Shown here: in pieces, positions 22,756 to 33,367 of the stretch
Layout: each line of letters starts with the position of its first letter
Position numbering within the stretch: position 1 is the first letter of the stretch
DNA from: Promethearchaeota archaeon
Lineage (GTDB): Archaea > Asgardarchaeota > Lokiarchaeia > Sigyniarchaeales > SOKP01
Assembly (NCBI GenBank): GCA_048938855.1
Contig: JBHLLT010000016.1
Span: 123 to 64,122 of the forward strand
DNA: 64,000 nt
Direction of reading: 5' to 3'
Made by a program: the position numbers and the translations under genes
Notes under the pieces: model-generated
The model's database searches: none
Seen by the model: only the letters and a program-made list of their open reading frames with translations
What the model was told of the DNA's origin: nothing

Positions 22756-22895
22756 TAAAGTATCCTTTTAATTTAATTATATTCCATTTCAATGTTATTT
22801 CAATAGATTTCTATTCTGCTATTTTGTATGGATAATATTAAATTAGGATTTTTCTATATGTAAGTTATAAAAATTTGACCACAAATTTTTAAAGA

Positions 22896-25800
22896 ATGAT
22901 TAAAATGAATATTTCTAAACGTACTCAAATAAAAGGACTTAGTGTTATTCTACTTATTACGATAATCCCATTAATTATAAGTATATTACCAAGTTCATAT
23001 GTAGATAGAGATAATTCTGTCGTGACCGATAAAAATGAAGGTTTAAATAATCTACAATTAGGGTTACCACCAACAACTTATGATTGGTGGAACAATTCTT
23101 GGAACTTCAGAGTGCCCGTGTCCATTGAAGCAGTAGGGAGTCAACAAGACGCCCCAGTTGAGTTTTTCATAAATTTCACAAAGTACTTTAAAGATTTAGA
23201 TATAGAAAATCCTGAGTTAAACACTTCCACAATCCGAGTAATTGAATATCTCTCCAGTTCTAATTATTATGAAGTTGAGAGTCAATTTGATCCTTATTCA
23301 AGTTCTTATGACCATCAGGAAAATGCTATAGGAGATTTAATTTGGATATTAAATGGTACAACTCCAAATGGACAAACACGAGACTTTTTCATATATTTTA
23401 ATAATGGTACAGATTTTAGTATTCCAGAATCAAATTACGATACTATACGACTTTGGCATGAAGGTTTTGAAGAATATCAATCTGGAGATATTGGAAGACC
23501 AACTGATGGACAAGATATTCAACCAACTTTCTGGGAAATTAGTAATTCAACTTCTGCAAGAGGTAGTTCTTCACTTCATATTTGGGGAAATTGCTGGAAA
23601 TGGTCTGCTACAGGTTCTATGACCGTAAATTCAGATATGAGAGTCACAGCAAAAATGAGATTTGATGATCCAAGTATTCAAAGAGAAATTTCAGGGATTG
23701 GTTTTGCTAATAGCCCTACTAATATTCCTGCCACTGGAAATAGCTATCGCATTAGAGGATCTCAATCATGGGGAACTGCTGGAGGAAATAAATATGTAAA
23801 TCAATATTATACTGCAAACACCTTTTTCTGGTATACATTTATCCCTAGCACCGAATTTTCTCTCAGCTCATTCACATACATTTTTTATATAGCAGATGAT
23901 GATAGTTGGAATAGTCTTGATTTATACTGGGATGATATTTCAATCTGGAATAAACCAGTTCAAACCACTCCCAATAATTCACTTCAAACGACAATAGGAG
24001 ATATCCAACCAATTGCGTACACAATGAAGGTTATCTGTAAAGATGAGGATGGTAATCGAGTTCATAATGCACATATTTATTTAACCAATAACCTGTTCCC
24101 CTCCTATAATCAGGATCATTTAACTGATGAGAATGGAGAGTGGACTTTTGATAATATTGAAAAAGATGCATTCTATAATATTACAGCTAATTATACTCAA
24201 AACGGTCTTAGTAATCCAAAAATAGCTACTGTATTTTACTTTGAAGACTATCAAATCACGCAATTAAATAATCGAATAACTGCTTATCTTAACCTATCTA
24301 AATTCAATTTTGATATAAAAGATAAAGACAATGATCCTATTCAATACGGTTTTGTTCTACTTAAAAATGGTACAGAAACGGTCGGAAAAGCAGTTCTTAG
24401 TGATTCTGGTACAGGATCCATTATATGGATTAATAATACTGCTTATAATTATGAAGTCTACTATGATTATGATTCACTACCAGATATATCAACCTATAGA
24501 TATTCAAATCTACAAATTTACAGTGCACCTGCAACAAAAAATATTGATATATCAACTGAGATAACTAAAATAGTTTTTAATGTTACTGATTTTGTAGATA
24601 ACCTCCCATTTACAAATGCCAAACTAAGGTTCTATAATGAATCGGACTATGACATCGAAAGCCAAATTATCGCTAATGTTACTGTTGATATAACTGGATT
24701 AGCAACTTTTATTTCATTCAGCAACACTTATGGAACTTGGGGAAACTATACAGTAGATATATATTTCGGTGGAAATGAACGAGATTTTCACACAAATGGA
24801 GGTCCATTGGAACATGAATATAACTTTATTTTAATCGATGAGAACTATTCAGAAATCAAAATTCCCTTAAATAAAGATCTGTATAACTCTACAATTAATA
24901 TTATCAGTTATACATCTAATGTCTTTTGGGGAGATGATATTTCTATATATTTCAATTTTACTGCTCAAGATCCTCTTCTACCAAATCCAACATTAGTGGA
25001 TCCAAATGAACTGACTGTTCAAATATATGAAGAACAAATTACTCCTTATGGCGAAGAAGTAAATATCTTATCTTCGAGAATTTCTACTGGCTTTTTTAAT
25101 TATACATTTAATACGGTAGATTTTAATCTAAGAGGGGATTCTGTTTATTACTTCAGAATTACAGGAAATTATAAGAGTTACATATTTATTGCCTTAGATG
25201 TTAAATTTATATTCATCCAAGGACTACCAACTGGTATATCTTATTATGACTACTCATTAACAAAATTGACTGATAAAAAATTTTCGGTAATATTTGGAGA
25301 ATCTGTTAATATAACAGTTGATTATTTTAATTTTTATACTAATGTTTCCTTAGATGGAGCTTATATCACATATAATTGGGATTATGGTTCCGGAATACTT
25401 CTTGATGATCCATTACATGCAGATTACTATTATTTTGAATTTGATTCTTCAACATCACCTAATAGCGCTGAATATATTATTGATATCGAAGCAACTCTAA
25501 CAAATTATAGTACTATCGATGATTCAATTATCGTTGCTATCCAGCCTAGACCCACCACTATTAATGGAACAGCTACATTATTTCAGATGTCACCAAATAT
25601 ATTTGTTTTTGATCAAGTTAACTTTTTATTCGAATATAAAGACACGCTACAAAATCTAAGACTCGGAAGTTTGGATGTCATTAGATATTATTGGAATAGG
25701 TTAGATGAAAATGGAGATCCTCTTAGTGGTCCTGGAAACGAAGGAAGTGGATTTTTAGGTACTGCAGTAAACAATTTATATATTCTAGATTTCGATACAG

Positions 25801-26555
25801 AATCGAGAGAAGTTGGAGAATATTCTATATTTGTTACTATGCAAAAAAATAATTATGAGGTCAGAAATGCGATTATTTTATTGACTATAAGCAAGAGGCC
25901 AATAACAATGCATTTAGATGCTACAGGATTATCTGGAAGTAGAATCAGTGTTGTTCAGGGAACTCCAATTAATTTCAGCATTGTTCTTACTGATGAAACT
26001 TATGGAATCCAACTATTATCTGGCGCAAATATAACACTATGGCTTAATGGAATTGAGATTTCTGTTGACGAAGTTTCTGGTTCACCCGGGACATATGAAT
26101 TATTCTTTCCTACTGCCAATATTAATGCTTTCTTTTTACCTCAAACATTGATGGGAGAAATTACAGTGGAATTAGATAATTATGAGATAGATCCAAGGAC
26201 TATTACAATTGTAGTAAGAATGACAGAAATTTTTCCTGGATTTCCATTGTTTTACTTTTTACTGATAGTAGCAGCTGTAGTAGCTATAGCAGGTAGTTTA
26301 ACTGCATATCGTATGATTCAAAGAGCTAGAATTCCCACTTTTGTAAAGAAAGCAAGACAGATGAAGAGTTTTATTAAATCTAAAAAGACAATTTCAGATT
26401 CTTTATTATACCCCTCCAAGGAGGAATTCATTATACAGAAACTAGGAGATAAATGGGATCAACTTGGATTATCATTAAAAGATATTTATGGCAAAGAAGG
26501 AAAGAAAAAGAAAGGGTTACCAGAATTTAAAAAAGAATTAAAATCAGGTGAATAA
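22896..26555 (+). CDS. giant single-pass surface protein, module 1 (signal/anchor, DUF2341-like domain, CarboxypepD_reg-like beta-sandwich repeats, C-terminal TM helix, conserved cytoplasmic tail)
   Basis: 1219 aa. The N-terminal hydrophobic segment is LSVILLITIIPLIISIL. YDWWNNSWNFRVPVSI...IRVIE...FFIYFNNG resembles DUF2341. Repeats such as VICKDEDGNRVHNAHIYLTN...DENGEWTFDNIEKDAFYNITANYT are prealbumin/CarboxypepD_reg-like. There are many N-x-S/T sequons. The TM helix is FPLFYFLLIVAAVVAIAGSLTAY, followed by a basic tail of about 95 aa. Confidence 0.8.
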   Translation: MIKMNISKRTQIKGLSVILLITIIPLIISILPSSYVDRDNSVVTDKNEGLNNLQLGLPPTTYDWWNNSWNFRVPVSIEAVGSQQDAPVEFFINFTKYFKDLDIENPELNTSTIRVIEYLSSSNYYEVESQFDPYSSSYDHQENAIGDLIWILNGTTPNGQTRDFFIYFNNGTDFSIPESNYDTIRLWHEGFEEYQSGDIGRPTDGQDIQPTFWEISNSTSARGSSSLHIWGNCWKWSATGSMTVNSDMRVTAKMRFDDPSIQREISGIGFANSPTNIPATGNSYRIRGSQSWGTAGGNKYVNQYYTANTFFWYTFIPSTEFSLSSFTYIFYIADDDSWNSLDLYWDDISIWNKPVQTTPNNSLQTTIGDIQPIAYTMKVICKDEDGNRVHNAHIYLTNNLFPSYNQDHLTDENGEWTFDNIEKDAFYNITANYTQNGLSNPKIATVFYFEDYQITQLNNRITAYLNLSKFNFDIKDKDNDPIQYGFVLLKNGTETVGKAVLSDSGTGSIIWINNTAYNYEVYYDYDSLPDISTYRYSNLQIYSAPATKNIDISTEITKIVFNVTDFVDNLPFTNAKLRFYNESDYDIESQIIANVTVDITGLATFISFSNTYGTWGNYTVDIYFGGNERDFHTNGGPLEHEYNFILIDENYSEIKIPLNKDLYNSTINIISYTSNVFWGDDISIYFNFTAQDPLLPNPTLVDPNELTVQIYEEQITPYGEEVNILSSRISTGFFNYTFNTVDFNLRGDSVYYFRITGNYKSYIFIALDVKFIFIQGLPTGISYYDYSLTKLTDKKFSVIFGESVNITVDYFNFYTNVSLDGAYITYNWDYGSGILLDDPLHADYYYFEFDSSTSPNSAEYIIDIEATLTNYSTIDDSIIVAIQPRPTTINGTATLFQMSPNIFVFDQVNFLFEYKDTLQNLRLGSLDVIRYYWNRLDENGDPLSGPGNEGSGFLGTAVNNLYILDFDTESREVGEYSIFVTMQKNNYEVRNAIILLTISKRPITMHLDATGLSGSRISVVQGTPINFSIVLTDETYGIQLLSGANITLWLNGIEISVDEVSGSPGTYELFFPTANINAFFLPQTLMGEITVELDNYEIDPRTITIVVRMTEIFPGFPLFYFLLIVAAVVAIAGSLTAYRMIQRARIPTFVKKARQMKSFIKSKKTISDSLLYPSKEEFIIQKLGDKWDQLGLSLKDIYGKEGKKKKGLPEFKKELKSGE
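26546..26551 (+). promoter_or_regulatory. Shine-Dalgarno-like site for the module-1 partner gene, embedded in the last codons of the surface-protein gene
   Basis: AGGTGA lies 6 nt upstream of the ATG at 26558 and is complementary to the archaeal 16S 3' end (..UCACCUCC). The equivalent site occurs in all three modules. Confidence 0.55.
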
Positions 26556-26557
26556 TA

Positions 26558-27661
26558 ATGCCAATCGGATTAATCATTATGAGATGGAACGAGAGAGTAG
26601 GTACTGAAATAATGAAGAAGTATCCTGAAGAAATAGAAATTACTGATGGGACACTTATGCAAATATATAGTACTCATGAATACAGTGGAGAATCTGGATT
26701 GATATGTTTAATGATTGGATCGTTAAACATTGCTTCTTATTACACTGGCCCTAAAAATGAACATTATGTAATTCTTTTATTAAACATCGATGAAGATCCA
26801 GATTCTTATGAAGAAGGTTTAGTAGATGTTTCTCGAGTTATTCTACAAAATTTAGATAATAATGCGTATTTTGACATGATACCTTCTCTTTTTCAGAGAT
26901 TAGCTGTCTATCCTACACTTAGTGCTGAACAAATACTTGCATTCACTTATTTTGATGAAGTCAAAAGAATGATCATTGATCGTTTAAGAGTAGATGGCGC
27001 TGTATCTAAATCAGAAATTATAATCTGGCTAAAAGATCAGTATAAACAGGGATTTCTTAATATAGATGCGGATATCATAGAATTAATTAAACGCAATATA
27101 ATTAAACAAGTATCAGTAAAAGGAATACCTTCAGAATTATTATTTCTAATTAATGATATTGTGTGTATGCGAGTTCCTCCAGTAAAATTAGTAAAAAATC
27201 CATTAGAATGGGGTTTACCTTCTACACTTGCAGAAGGTTATAAAATTGAAGTGAAAAAATATTTTCAAGCTTATCGACCTTCAGAAACAGATAATTTAAG
27301 AGTATTAGATGTTCTTACTAATCCACAAGCTTATGAAACTTTATGTTTATTAAGAACTGCTATTGTTACAAGAAATGAGCTAGAAAAATTAAAGAAGAAG
27401 GGCGTAGATGACCTTGATAATGTCTTAAAAATGCTATGGGAATCTCAAATAGTACAAATCTTTCGTGACGAGAACGAAAATGAGTACTATGCTCTTCTTA
27501 CTGATTTTTATATAGATCTGATGTTCCCAAAATATCTAATGAACATTATAAAAATGAATTATGAGAATAAGTCAAAAGCAGAACCAGTTTTAATAGAATA
27601 TCTTACTATATTAGAAGATAATTACATTAATATGAAAAGTACCAAAAAATCTAAAACATAA
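26558..27661 (+). CDS. cytoplasmic partner protein, module 1 (uncharacterised family: longin/roadblock-like N-terminal domain + winged-helix-like repeats)
   Basis: 367 aa with no TM helix. It starts MPIGLIIMRWNERVGTEI 2 nt after the upstream stop codon. It aligns over its full length with 32214-33326 and 38785-39900. Domain assignments are inferred from the predicted secondary-structure pattern only. Confidence 0.75.
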   Translation: MPIGLIIMRWNERVGTEIMKKYPEEIEITDGTLMQIYSTHEYSGESGLICLMIGSLNIASYYTGPKNEHYVILLLNIDEDPDSYEEGLVDVSRVILQNLDNNAYFDMIPSLFQRLAVYPTLSAEQILAFTYFDEVKRMIIDRLRVDGAVSKSEIIIWLKDQYKQGFLNIDADIIELIKRNIIKQVSVKGIPSELLFLINDIVCMRVPPVKLVKNPLEWGLPSTLAEGYKIEVKKYFQAYRPSETDNLRVLDVLTNPQAYETLCLLRTAIVTRNELEKLKKKGVDDLDNVLKMLWESQIVQIFRDENENEYYALLTDFYIDLMFPKYLMNIIKMNYENKSKAEPVLIEYLTILEDNYINMKSTKKSKT

Positions 27662-27666
27662 TACAT

Positions 27667-27682
27667 TTATTTTATTTTTTTT
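27667..27682 (+). terminator. oligo(T) terminator candidate after module 1
   Basis: TTTATTTTATTTTTTTT lies immediately after the stop codon at 27659-27661. Confidence 0.4.
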
Positions 27683-27831
27683 CAAAGATTTTTAAAGTAT
27701 AATTCTTATTTTATTAATTTATTAGCATTTCTAATTTTTTTGAGTTATGTGATAGCATAATATTTTATTTAACTTCTTTTATATTAGTGTTAAAATTTTA
27801 TCAAAAAATTATATTTTGATGATTTGAAATT

Positions 27832-30800
27832 ATGAAGATACAAAAAATAAATAGACGTCAATTAATTAGATCATCGCTATTATTAGCAATATTATTTCTT
27901 AACATTTATATCGGATTTTCAGTAAACCTTATTAATTCCAACTATGATAGTGATAATCTTATTAATGTTAAAAACACAGAAAATGATAAATTTTGCAACG
28001 AGTCTCTAAAATCTAGTGTTTTAGGTAATGATACTTGGTGGGATACTGATTTTGCTTATCGTCGATTAATTACTGTTACAAATCCATATGATATCAATTT
28101 TACAGACTTTGGCGTGAGTCTAATTCTTAATTATGCAGAGTTGGGTAGTACAATTCAATCTAATCTTGATGATATTAGAATCATAGAAAATAATCAACTA
28201 CGAAAATATACTGTTTCTAAAGATTATCCCAATATAGGTTTCGCAACTATTTGGTTTGACACTAATATAACGCAATCAACGACTGAAAGAGATACATATT
28301 TATACTTTGGAAATAGTTTAGCAGTAAATTCTGAAGCTAAAACTGTATCAGACAGTTTTGGTTGGATTAAAAATGGAGACTTCGAATTAGATAATAGTAC
28401 TGATCAATATATTAACCCTTATGGTTGGACTTTTTCGCATGATCAAGTAGATCAAATCAAAGATATTAGTGACCCAAGAGAAGCTTCAAATTATTCTCTA
28501 GATAGTTATAATAACTTCGAAAATAATCTTGTCAATATAAATGATAGAGAGATGGCGGAGAGAGTAGATTCAGGATATTATGCATATAAGTGGGGCGGTG
28601 AAGGCTCTTTTCTCCCTCAAGCAGCATGTAAAGACTATGTAGGAACATTTTATTCTTACCCTTTTAAAGTTCCAATAATAGAAGGAGGAAAAATTGGTTT
28701 ACATGTTTATCGCAATGTACGGACCTGGTTTTTCGAAGACCCAGATTCTTCTCTTCCTACAATTTCAAATGATGGCTATTTTTTAAGGCTTTGTAATGGT
28801 TCAGATTCGGAATATACAAATGAAGTTGATTTACATGAAAATATCGGTAGTGGTTATGAAAGCTGGATAGAAACATATGGAGGATTCGCTTATATTTCAC
28901 CAAATAGAAAAACATTAAGATATCATGATGAATTAAAGGAACATTTCCAATTAGACCCTGAAATATTTACTAGATCAAGTACAAGTTCTGACGGGGATTT
29001 GACTGGTTCTTTAGAAATTGATGTTTCTAATTATATGGGTAAGGAAATTTTCATAGAATTTGGTACTTGGGGCCCGGAAGATGGTGATATTCAAACAGTA
29101 AAGTCAGGATTCTTTCAAGTGGATAATATAAAGTTTAATTACACATTATCAGCACAAATTGAAGAACCCCAAGCTCAAGTATCATCAGTTGAGGTAGTTT
29201 TAAAAGATATTGATGGAAGGAGTGTTCCTACAGCAAATGTAATGATTGTTGACAATTCTTATGCAAAAGGATCATCTAATTATTATGTTGCGAACGGAAC
29301 AGGTATTAACGGGAGAGTTACTTTCAATAATATACCTATTGGTTATTATAATATTACTGCTAATTATACATTGGGATCTCAATCAATTGAAGTATTTAAT
29401 AGCATTGAGAAACGTATCGGTCCATATTATTTTAATGGAATAGATTATACTATTGATATTAACCTAAATCTCTGGACAATTGATTTTGAAATTGTAGATT
29501 GGGATGGTATTCCTTTGAAATATGGTTATATTGAGATTAATGAAAGTCTTGGAGGAGCTTTGTTAGATACACTGACACTAGACTCTTCAGGAAAAGCAAC
29601 CTTCCGATGGCTAAACAGTTCGAATTTCTATTATAGAGTTTATTATAATAATGATGATTATGGTATCAATTTTAGCCCTACTATTCTAAATGAGAGTTCT
29701 ATTTCTCGAAGTGATTATGTAAAAGACAACGTGAAATTTAGGCATCATACAATATATGTGAATCAATCTAGTATAGGGAGTTACTCAGTAAGCGAAAAGT
29801 TCTATACGGATGGTTCGCGAACTGTATTAGGAAATAAAAAGATAACCAAAGCAAATATTACTCTGAACAATATGGAAAATTATATGACAGATATCTCTGT
29901 TTATTACATTGATAAAGATGATTCAACTACAGGGAACCTTCTTTATTACAAAGAATATTCTGGTCAAGTTACAAGTGACTTTATTGAACTTGATATAGCA
30001 GAGATTAATAATATCAATCTATTGAATGATAATTACAAAATATATGGATTACTAGTTGAAGTTAATGGGTATAATACTTCACAATCTAATGGATTAATTA
30101 ATGTAAACTTTATTGAAACTTGTAATGTTAAAGTAAGAACCCCATTAGCAAGATTAAATATTCGTTTGACATATTTTAGTGATGTAGACAAAGAATATAA
30201 ACCATTGAGCGGAACAATTAAAGTGATTGATAATGCTACAGGATTCCATTTATTGAATTTATCAGCAATTTCAGATAGAGATGGATATGCTTATGCTCCA
30301 AAAAATTCTTATGAAACACCGTTTTGGTATTTAATTAACAGGGTGTATAATTTCTCAATTGATGTTGCTCACAATCCTAATGTAGATTTCAATATAACAT
30401 ATATCAATCCATCCCAATGGATTCCTGCTCCTGGTGAGAAAATTAAATGGTTTAACTATACACTTTATCAAAACTCATCAATCACTTTTAATGTAATCCC
30501 AGAAGTAGAAACAAATTTTACGCAATATGATACAGAGTTTAATTCATCTTTTGGAATGACTGAAGTGATATGGGGGGAAAACCTAGTTTTCTGGGCAGAA
30601 TTATTATCTACTGATGATGATTGGCAAACATCAGATTTTGTCCCACAGCCTCCTGGTAGTTGCATCTTAACAATAAAATTAGCAGGATCAGATGAAGTTT
30701 TGAAAACTCTAGAGATGAATTATAATGGAAATGGTAATTATACATTGACTTACAACTCTGGATTGATTTCAGCTGGGAATGATTGGGAATATTATAATAT

Positions 30801-32214
30801 TGAAATAAATGGATATCATCCAATTTATGATGATCCAACTCCGTTGGTTTATTTAGTAAAAGTATTAGCAAAACCTACTACGATTAGCGCTCATGACTAT
30901 AGTTCACTCAATCTAATACCTTCTAGAGAATATTCAGCATATTTCGATGAGTATATTAATATTACAGTTAGATATACAGAAACTGAATTTGGAACGGCTT
31001 TAACTAACGCTCTTTTAAGTTATGAATGGGTTGGTCTTAATCCAATTAGTATCTATTCAGATCCTATAAACCACGAATATTTTACATTTACAATTAATAC
31101 AGGCGATGCGCAGAGTACAGGTCTAAAAGTAATTAGCATTACTGCCTCTTTTGAAAATTATACTAAACAATCGGATTTCATTGTATATCTTAATATTCTC
31201 GAAAGAAAAACAACTCTAAATTCCAAATTAGATGACCTATCTTATATTAGCTCAAGTGTTTATGTTCAAGATCAAAGAAATTTCATTTTCATGTATCGAG
31301 ACGCCAACACTAATAATATAATTGGAGATTTGGCTATTCATAATTTTGTTTGGGAAGAATTATATGAAAACGGAACAAAAGTACCTGGTAGCTTTGGCTC
31401 AGGAAGCCTAATTCAAAATATAAATCATAGCTATACTTTAGATTTTAACACAGAATTAAAACCAGTAGGATACTATTTCTTGTATGTAACTCTTAAACAG
31501 GACAATTATAAACAAAAAAATGCCTTTATTTATTTGGAAATTATATTAAGAGAATTTACTGTAACTATTCAAGATCCCCAATTAGGTAGTAACAATCAAA
31601 TTATTATAACTCAAGGATCTGATATTGATTTTGAAATCCATTTATGGGATGATACTAGATCGATAGAGCTACAAAATGCTATTATTAAATTAAATTTTAG
31701 GGGAATAAATTATACTTTTAATGAAATTCTGACTGAATTTGGTATATATAACGCATCAATTCTAACTAGGAATATAGATACATTTTTTACGGCGCAAACA
31801 TTTGTAGGAAAGATCTACATTGAAGCAGCTAATTTCACTAGCCAAGAGTTTACAATCACAATCACAGTAAAAATGCAAGAAATATGGCCTGGAATGCCAA
31901 CTTTCTATTTCATTTTAATAACATCTGCAATTGCCGCTGTTGTAGGAAGTGTAGTTGGATATAGAGTTATAACGCGAGCAAGAATACCACAACATGTTAA
32001 AAAGATTAGAAAAATCAAAGGTTTAATAAAATCTAAAAAGATGATAGCAGAATCATTTACAGTGCCAACTAAAGAACAAATGATGGTAAAACTATTTGGA
32101 GATGAATGGAAAGAAATAGGATTGTCAATAGAAGAAGCATTAGGGATTACTGATATAAAAAAGAAATCTTCATTAAAAGATAATAAATCATTAGAGCGAG
32201 GTGAGATTGACTAA
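27832..32214 (+). CDS. giant single-pass surface protein, module 2
   Basis: 1460 aa. The signal/anchor is LLLAILFLNIYIGFSV. The DUF2341-like start is DTWWDTDFAYRRLITVTNP...IRIIENN...YLYFGNS. CarboxypepD_reg-like repeats include VVLKDIDGRSVPTANVMIVDN...GRVTFNNIPIGYYNITANYT. The membrane-proximal region, TM helix (FYFILITSAIAAVVGSVVGY) and tail are homologous to modules 1 and 3. Confidence 0.8.
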   Translation: MKIQKINRRQLIRSSLLLAILFLNIYIGFSVNLINSNYDSDNLINVKNTENDKFCNESLKSSVLGNDTWWDTDFAYRRLITVTNPYDINFTDFGVSLILNYAELGSTIQSNLDDIRIIENNQLRKYTVSKDYPNIGFATIWFDTNITQSTTERDTYLYFGNSLAVNSEAKTVSDSFGWIKNGDFELDNSTDQYINPYGWTFSHDQVDQIKDISDPREASNYSLDSYNNFENNLVNINDREMAERVDSGYYAYKWGGEGSFLPQAACKDYVGTFYSYPFKVPIIEGGKIGLHVYRNVRTWFFEDPDSSLPTISNDGYFLRLCNGSDSEYTNEVDLHENIGSGYESWIETYGGFAYISPNRKTLRYHDELKEHFQLDPEIFTRSSTSSDGDLTGSLEIDVSNYMGKEIFIEFGTWGPEDGDIQTVKSGFFQVDNIKFNYTLSAQIEEPQAQVSSVEVVLKDIDGRSVPTANVMIVDNSYAKGSSNYYVANGTGINGRVTFNNIPIGYYNITANYTLGSQSIEVFNSIEKRIGPYYFNGIDYTIDINLNLWTIDFEIVDWDGIPLKYGYIEINESLGGALLDTLTLDSSGKATFRWLNSSNFYYRVYYNNDDYGINFSPTILNESSISRSDYVKDNVKFRHHTIYVNQSSIGSYSVSEKFYTDGSRTVLGNKKITKANITLNNMENYMTDISVYYIDKDDSTTGNLLYYKEYSGQVTSDFIELDIAEINNINLLNDNYKIYGLLVEVNGYNTSQSNGLINVNFIETCNVKVRTPLARLNIRLTYFSDVDKEYKPLSGTIKVIDNATGFHLLNLSAISDRDGYAYAPKNSYETPFWYLINRVYNFSIDVAHNPNVDFNITYINPSQWIPAPGEKIKWFNYTLYQNSSITFNVIPEVETNFTQYDTEFNSSFGMTEVIWGENLVFWAELLSTDDDWQTSDFVPQPPGSCILTIKLAGSDEVLKTLEMNYNGNGNYTLTYNSGLISAGNDWEYYNIEINGYHPIYDDPTPLVYLVKVLAKPTTISAHDYSSLNLIPSREYSAYFDEYINITVRYTETEFGTALTNALLSYEWVGLNPISIYSDPINHEYFTFTINTGDAQSTGLKVISITASFENYTKQSDFIVYLNILERKTTLNSKLDDLSYISSSVYVQDQRNFIFMYRDANTNNIIGDLAIHNFVWEELYENGTKVPGSFGSGSLIQNINHSYTLDFNTELKPVGYYFLYVTLKQDNYKQKNAFIYLEIILREFTVTIQDPQLGSNNQIIITQGSDIDFEIHLWDDTRSIELQNAIIKLNFRGINYTFNEILTEFGIYNASILTRNIDTFFTAQTFVGKIYIEAANFTSQEFTITITVKMQEIWPGMPTFYFILITSAIAAVVGSVVGYRVITRARIPQHVKKIRKIKGLIKSKKMIAESFTVPTKEQMMVKLFGDEWKEIGLSIEEALGITDIKKKSSLKDNKSLERGEID
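32198..32205 (+). promoter_or_regulatory. Shine-Dalgarno-like site for the module-2 partner gene
   Basis: GAGGTGAG lies 8 nt upstream of the ATG at 32214. That ATG overlaps the upstream TAA by 1 nt (TAATG). Confidence 0.55.
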
Positions 32215-33326
32215 TGCCAATAGGATTAGTAATAATGAGATGGGATATAAAAGTGAGTACAGAAATCCTCGCTAAGTATCCAAGGGAACTGATTATTAGT
32301 GATGAGACTCTCATGCAAATTTATGCTGCTCATGAATATACTGGGGAGCCGGGTATGATTAGTTTATTAGTTGGGCCTTTAAACATTGCATCTTATTATA
32401 CAGGACGAGAAAAACCGCTCTATATCATACTATTACTAAACTTAGATGAAGACCCCGATACTTATGAAGGTGGTCTATCTGATATCTCACGAGTGATATT
32501 TCAGAATTATGAAGATAAAGCTTATTTGGATATGATTCCGTTTCTCTTTCAAAGATTATCCACTTATCCTAATTTAAATGATGAACAAAGCTTAGCTTTG
32601 ACTTATTTAGATAACGTAAATTGTTTGATAATAGAGAGATTAAGAGAAGAAGGGGTAATTACTAAGTCAGAATTAAAGATCTGGTTAAGAGATCGATATC
32701 GAGAAGGGTTTTTTGATGTAGATGCTATTTTAATGGAACTCATTAAAAAAGAAATCGTTAAAGAAACATCAGTAAAAGGAATGCCCTCCGAATTGATTTT
32801 TCTTATTAATGATCTTTTAATGATAAGAAGGCCCCCTATAAAATTACTAAAAAATCCTATAGAACGAGGACTTCCGGAGAGATTTGTAGAGGAATATAAT
32901 GTTGCTGTCAGAAAATTCTTTCAAAAGTACCGACCTTCAGAAGAAGATAATCTAAAAATCCTTGATCTGGTTATTGGAGACCCACAGGTCTATGAAATAT
33001 TGAGACTTCTAAGGATTTCAATAGTAACTAAGAATGTATTGGAAAAACTTCGGAAAAAAGGAGTGGACGATATAGATGGTGGTTTAAAGAAATTATGGGA
33101 AAGTCAGTTGATACAAGTATTTCAGGATAACAAGGGGAATGAGTATTATGCTTTAATTTCTGATTTTCATTTATCTTTAGTATATCCTAAATATATGCTT
33201 AATATGATCATTCAACAATATACTGTAAAATCAAAATCAAGTAGTGTTTTAATCGAGTATCTAAATGTTCTTGATAACAATTATCGATCTATCAAACTGA
33301 AAGCGGATGTAAAAGAAGAAGACTAG
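32214..33326 (+). CDS. cytoplasmic partner protein, module 2
   Basis: 370 aa starting MPIGLVIMRWDIKVSTEI. It is collinear with the module 1 and 3 partners. Confidence 0.75.
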   Translation: MPIGLVIMRWDIKVSTEILAKYPRELIISDETLMQIYAAHEYTGEPGMISLLVGPLNIASYYTGREKPLYIILLLNLDEDPDTYEGGLSDISRVIFQNYEDKAYLDMIPFLFQRLSTYPNLNDEQSLALTYLDNVNCLIIERLREEGVITKSELKIWLRDRYREGFFDVDAILMELIKKEIVKETSVKGMPSELIFLINDLLMIRRPPIKLLKNPIERGLPERFVEEYNVAVRKFFQKYRPSEEDNLKILDLVIGDPQVYEILRLLRISIVTKNVLEKLRKKGVDDIDGGLKKLWESQLIQVFQDNKGNEYYALISDFHLSLVYPKYMLNMIIQQYTVKSKSSSVLIEYLNVLDNNYRSIKLKADVKEED

Positions 33327-33335
33327 ATATTATTA

Positions 33336-33349
33336 TTTTTTTTTTTTTT
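33336..33349 (+). terminator. oligo(T) terminator candidate after module 2
   Basis: A T14 run begins 10 nt after the TAG at 33324-33326. Confidence 0.5.
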
Positions 33350-33367
33350 AAACTTTTAAACTTAATT

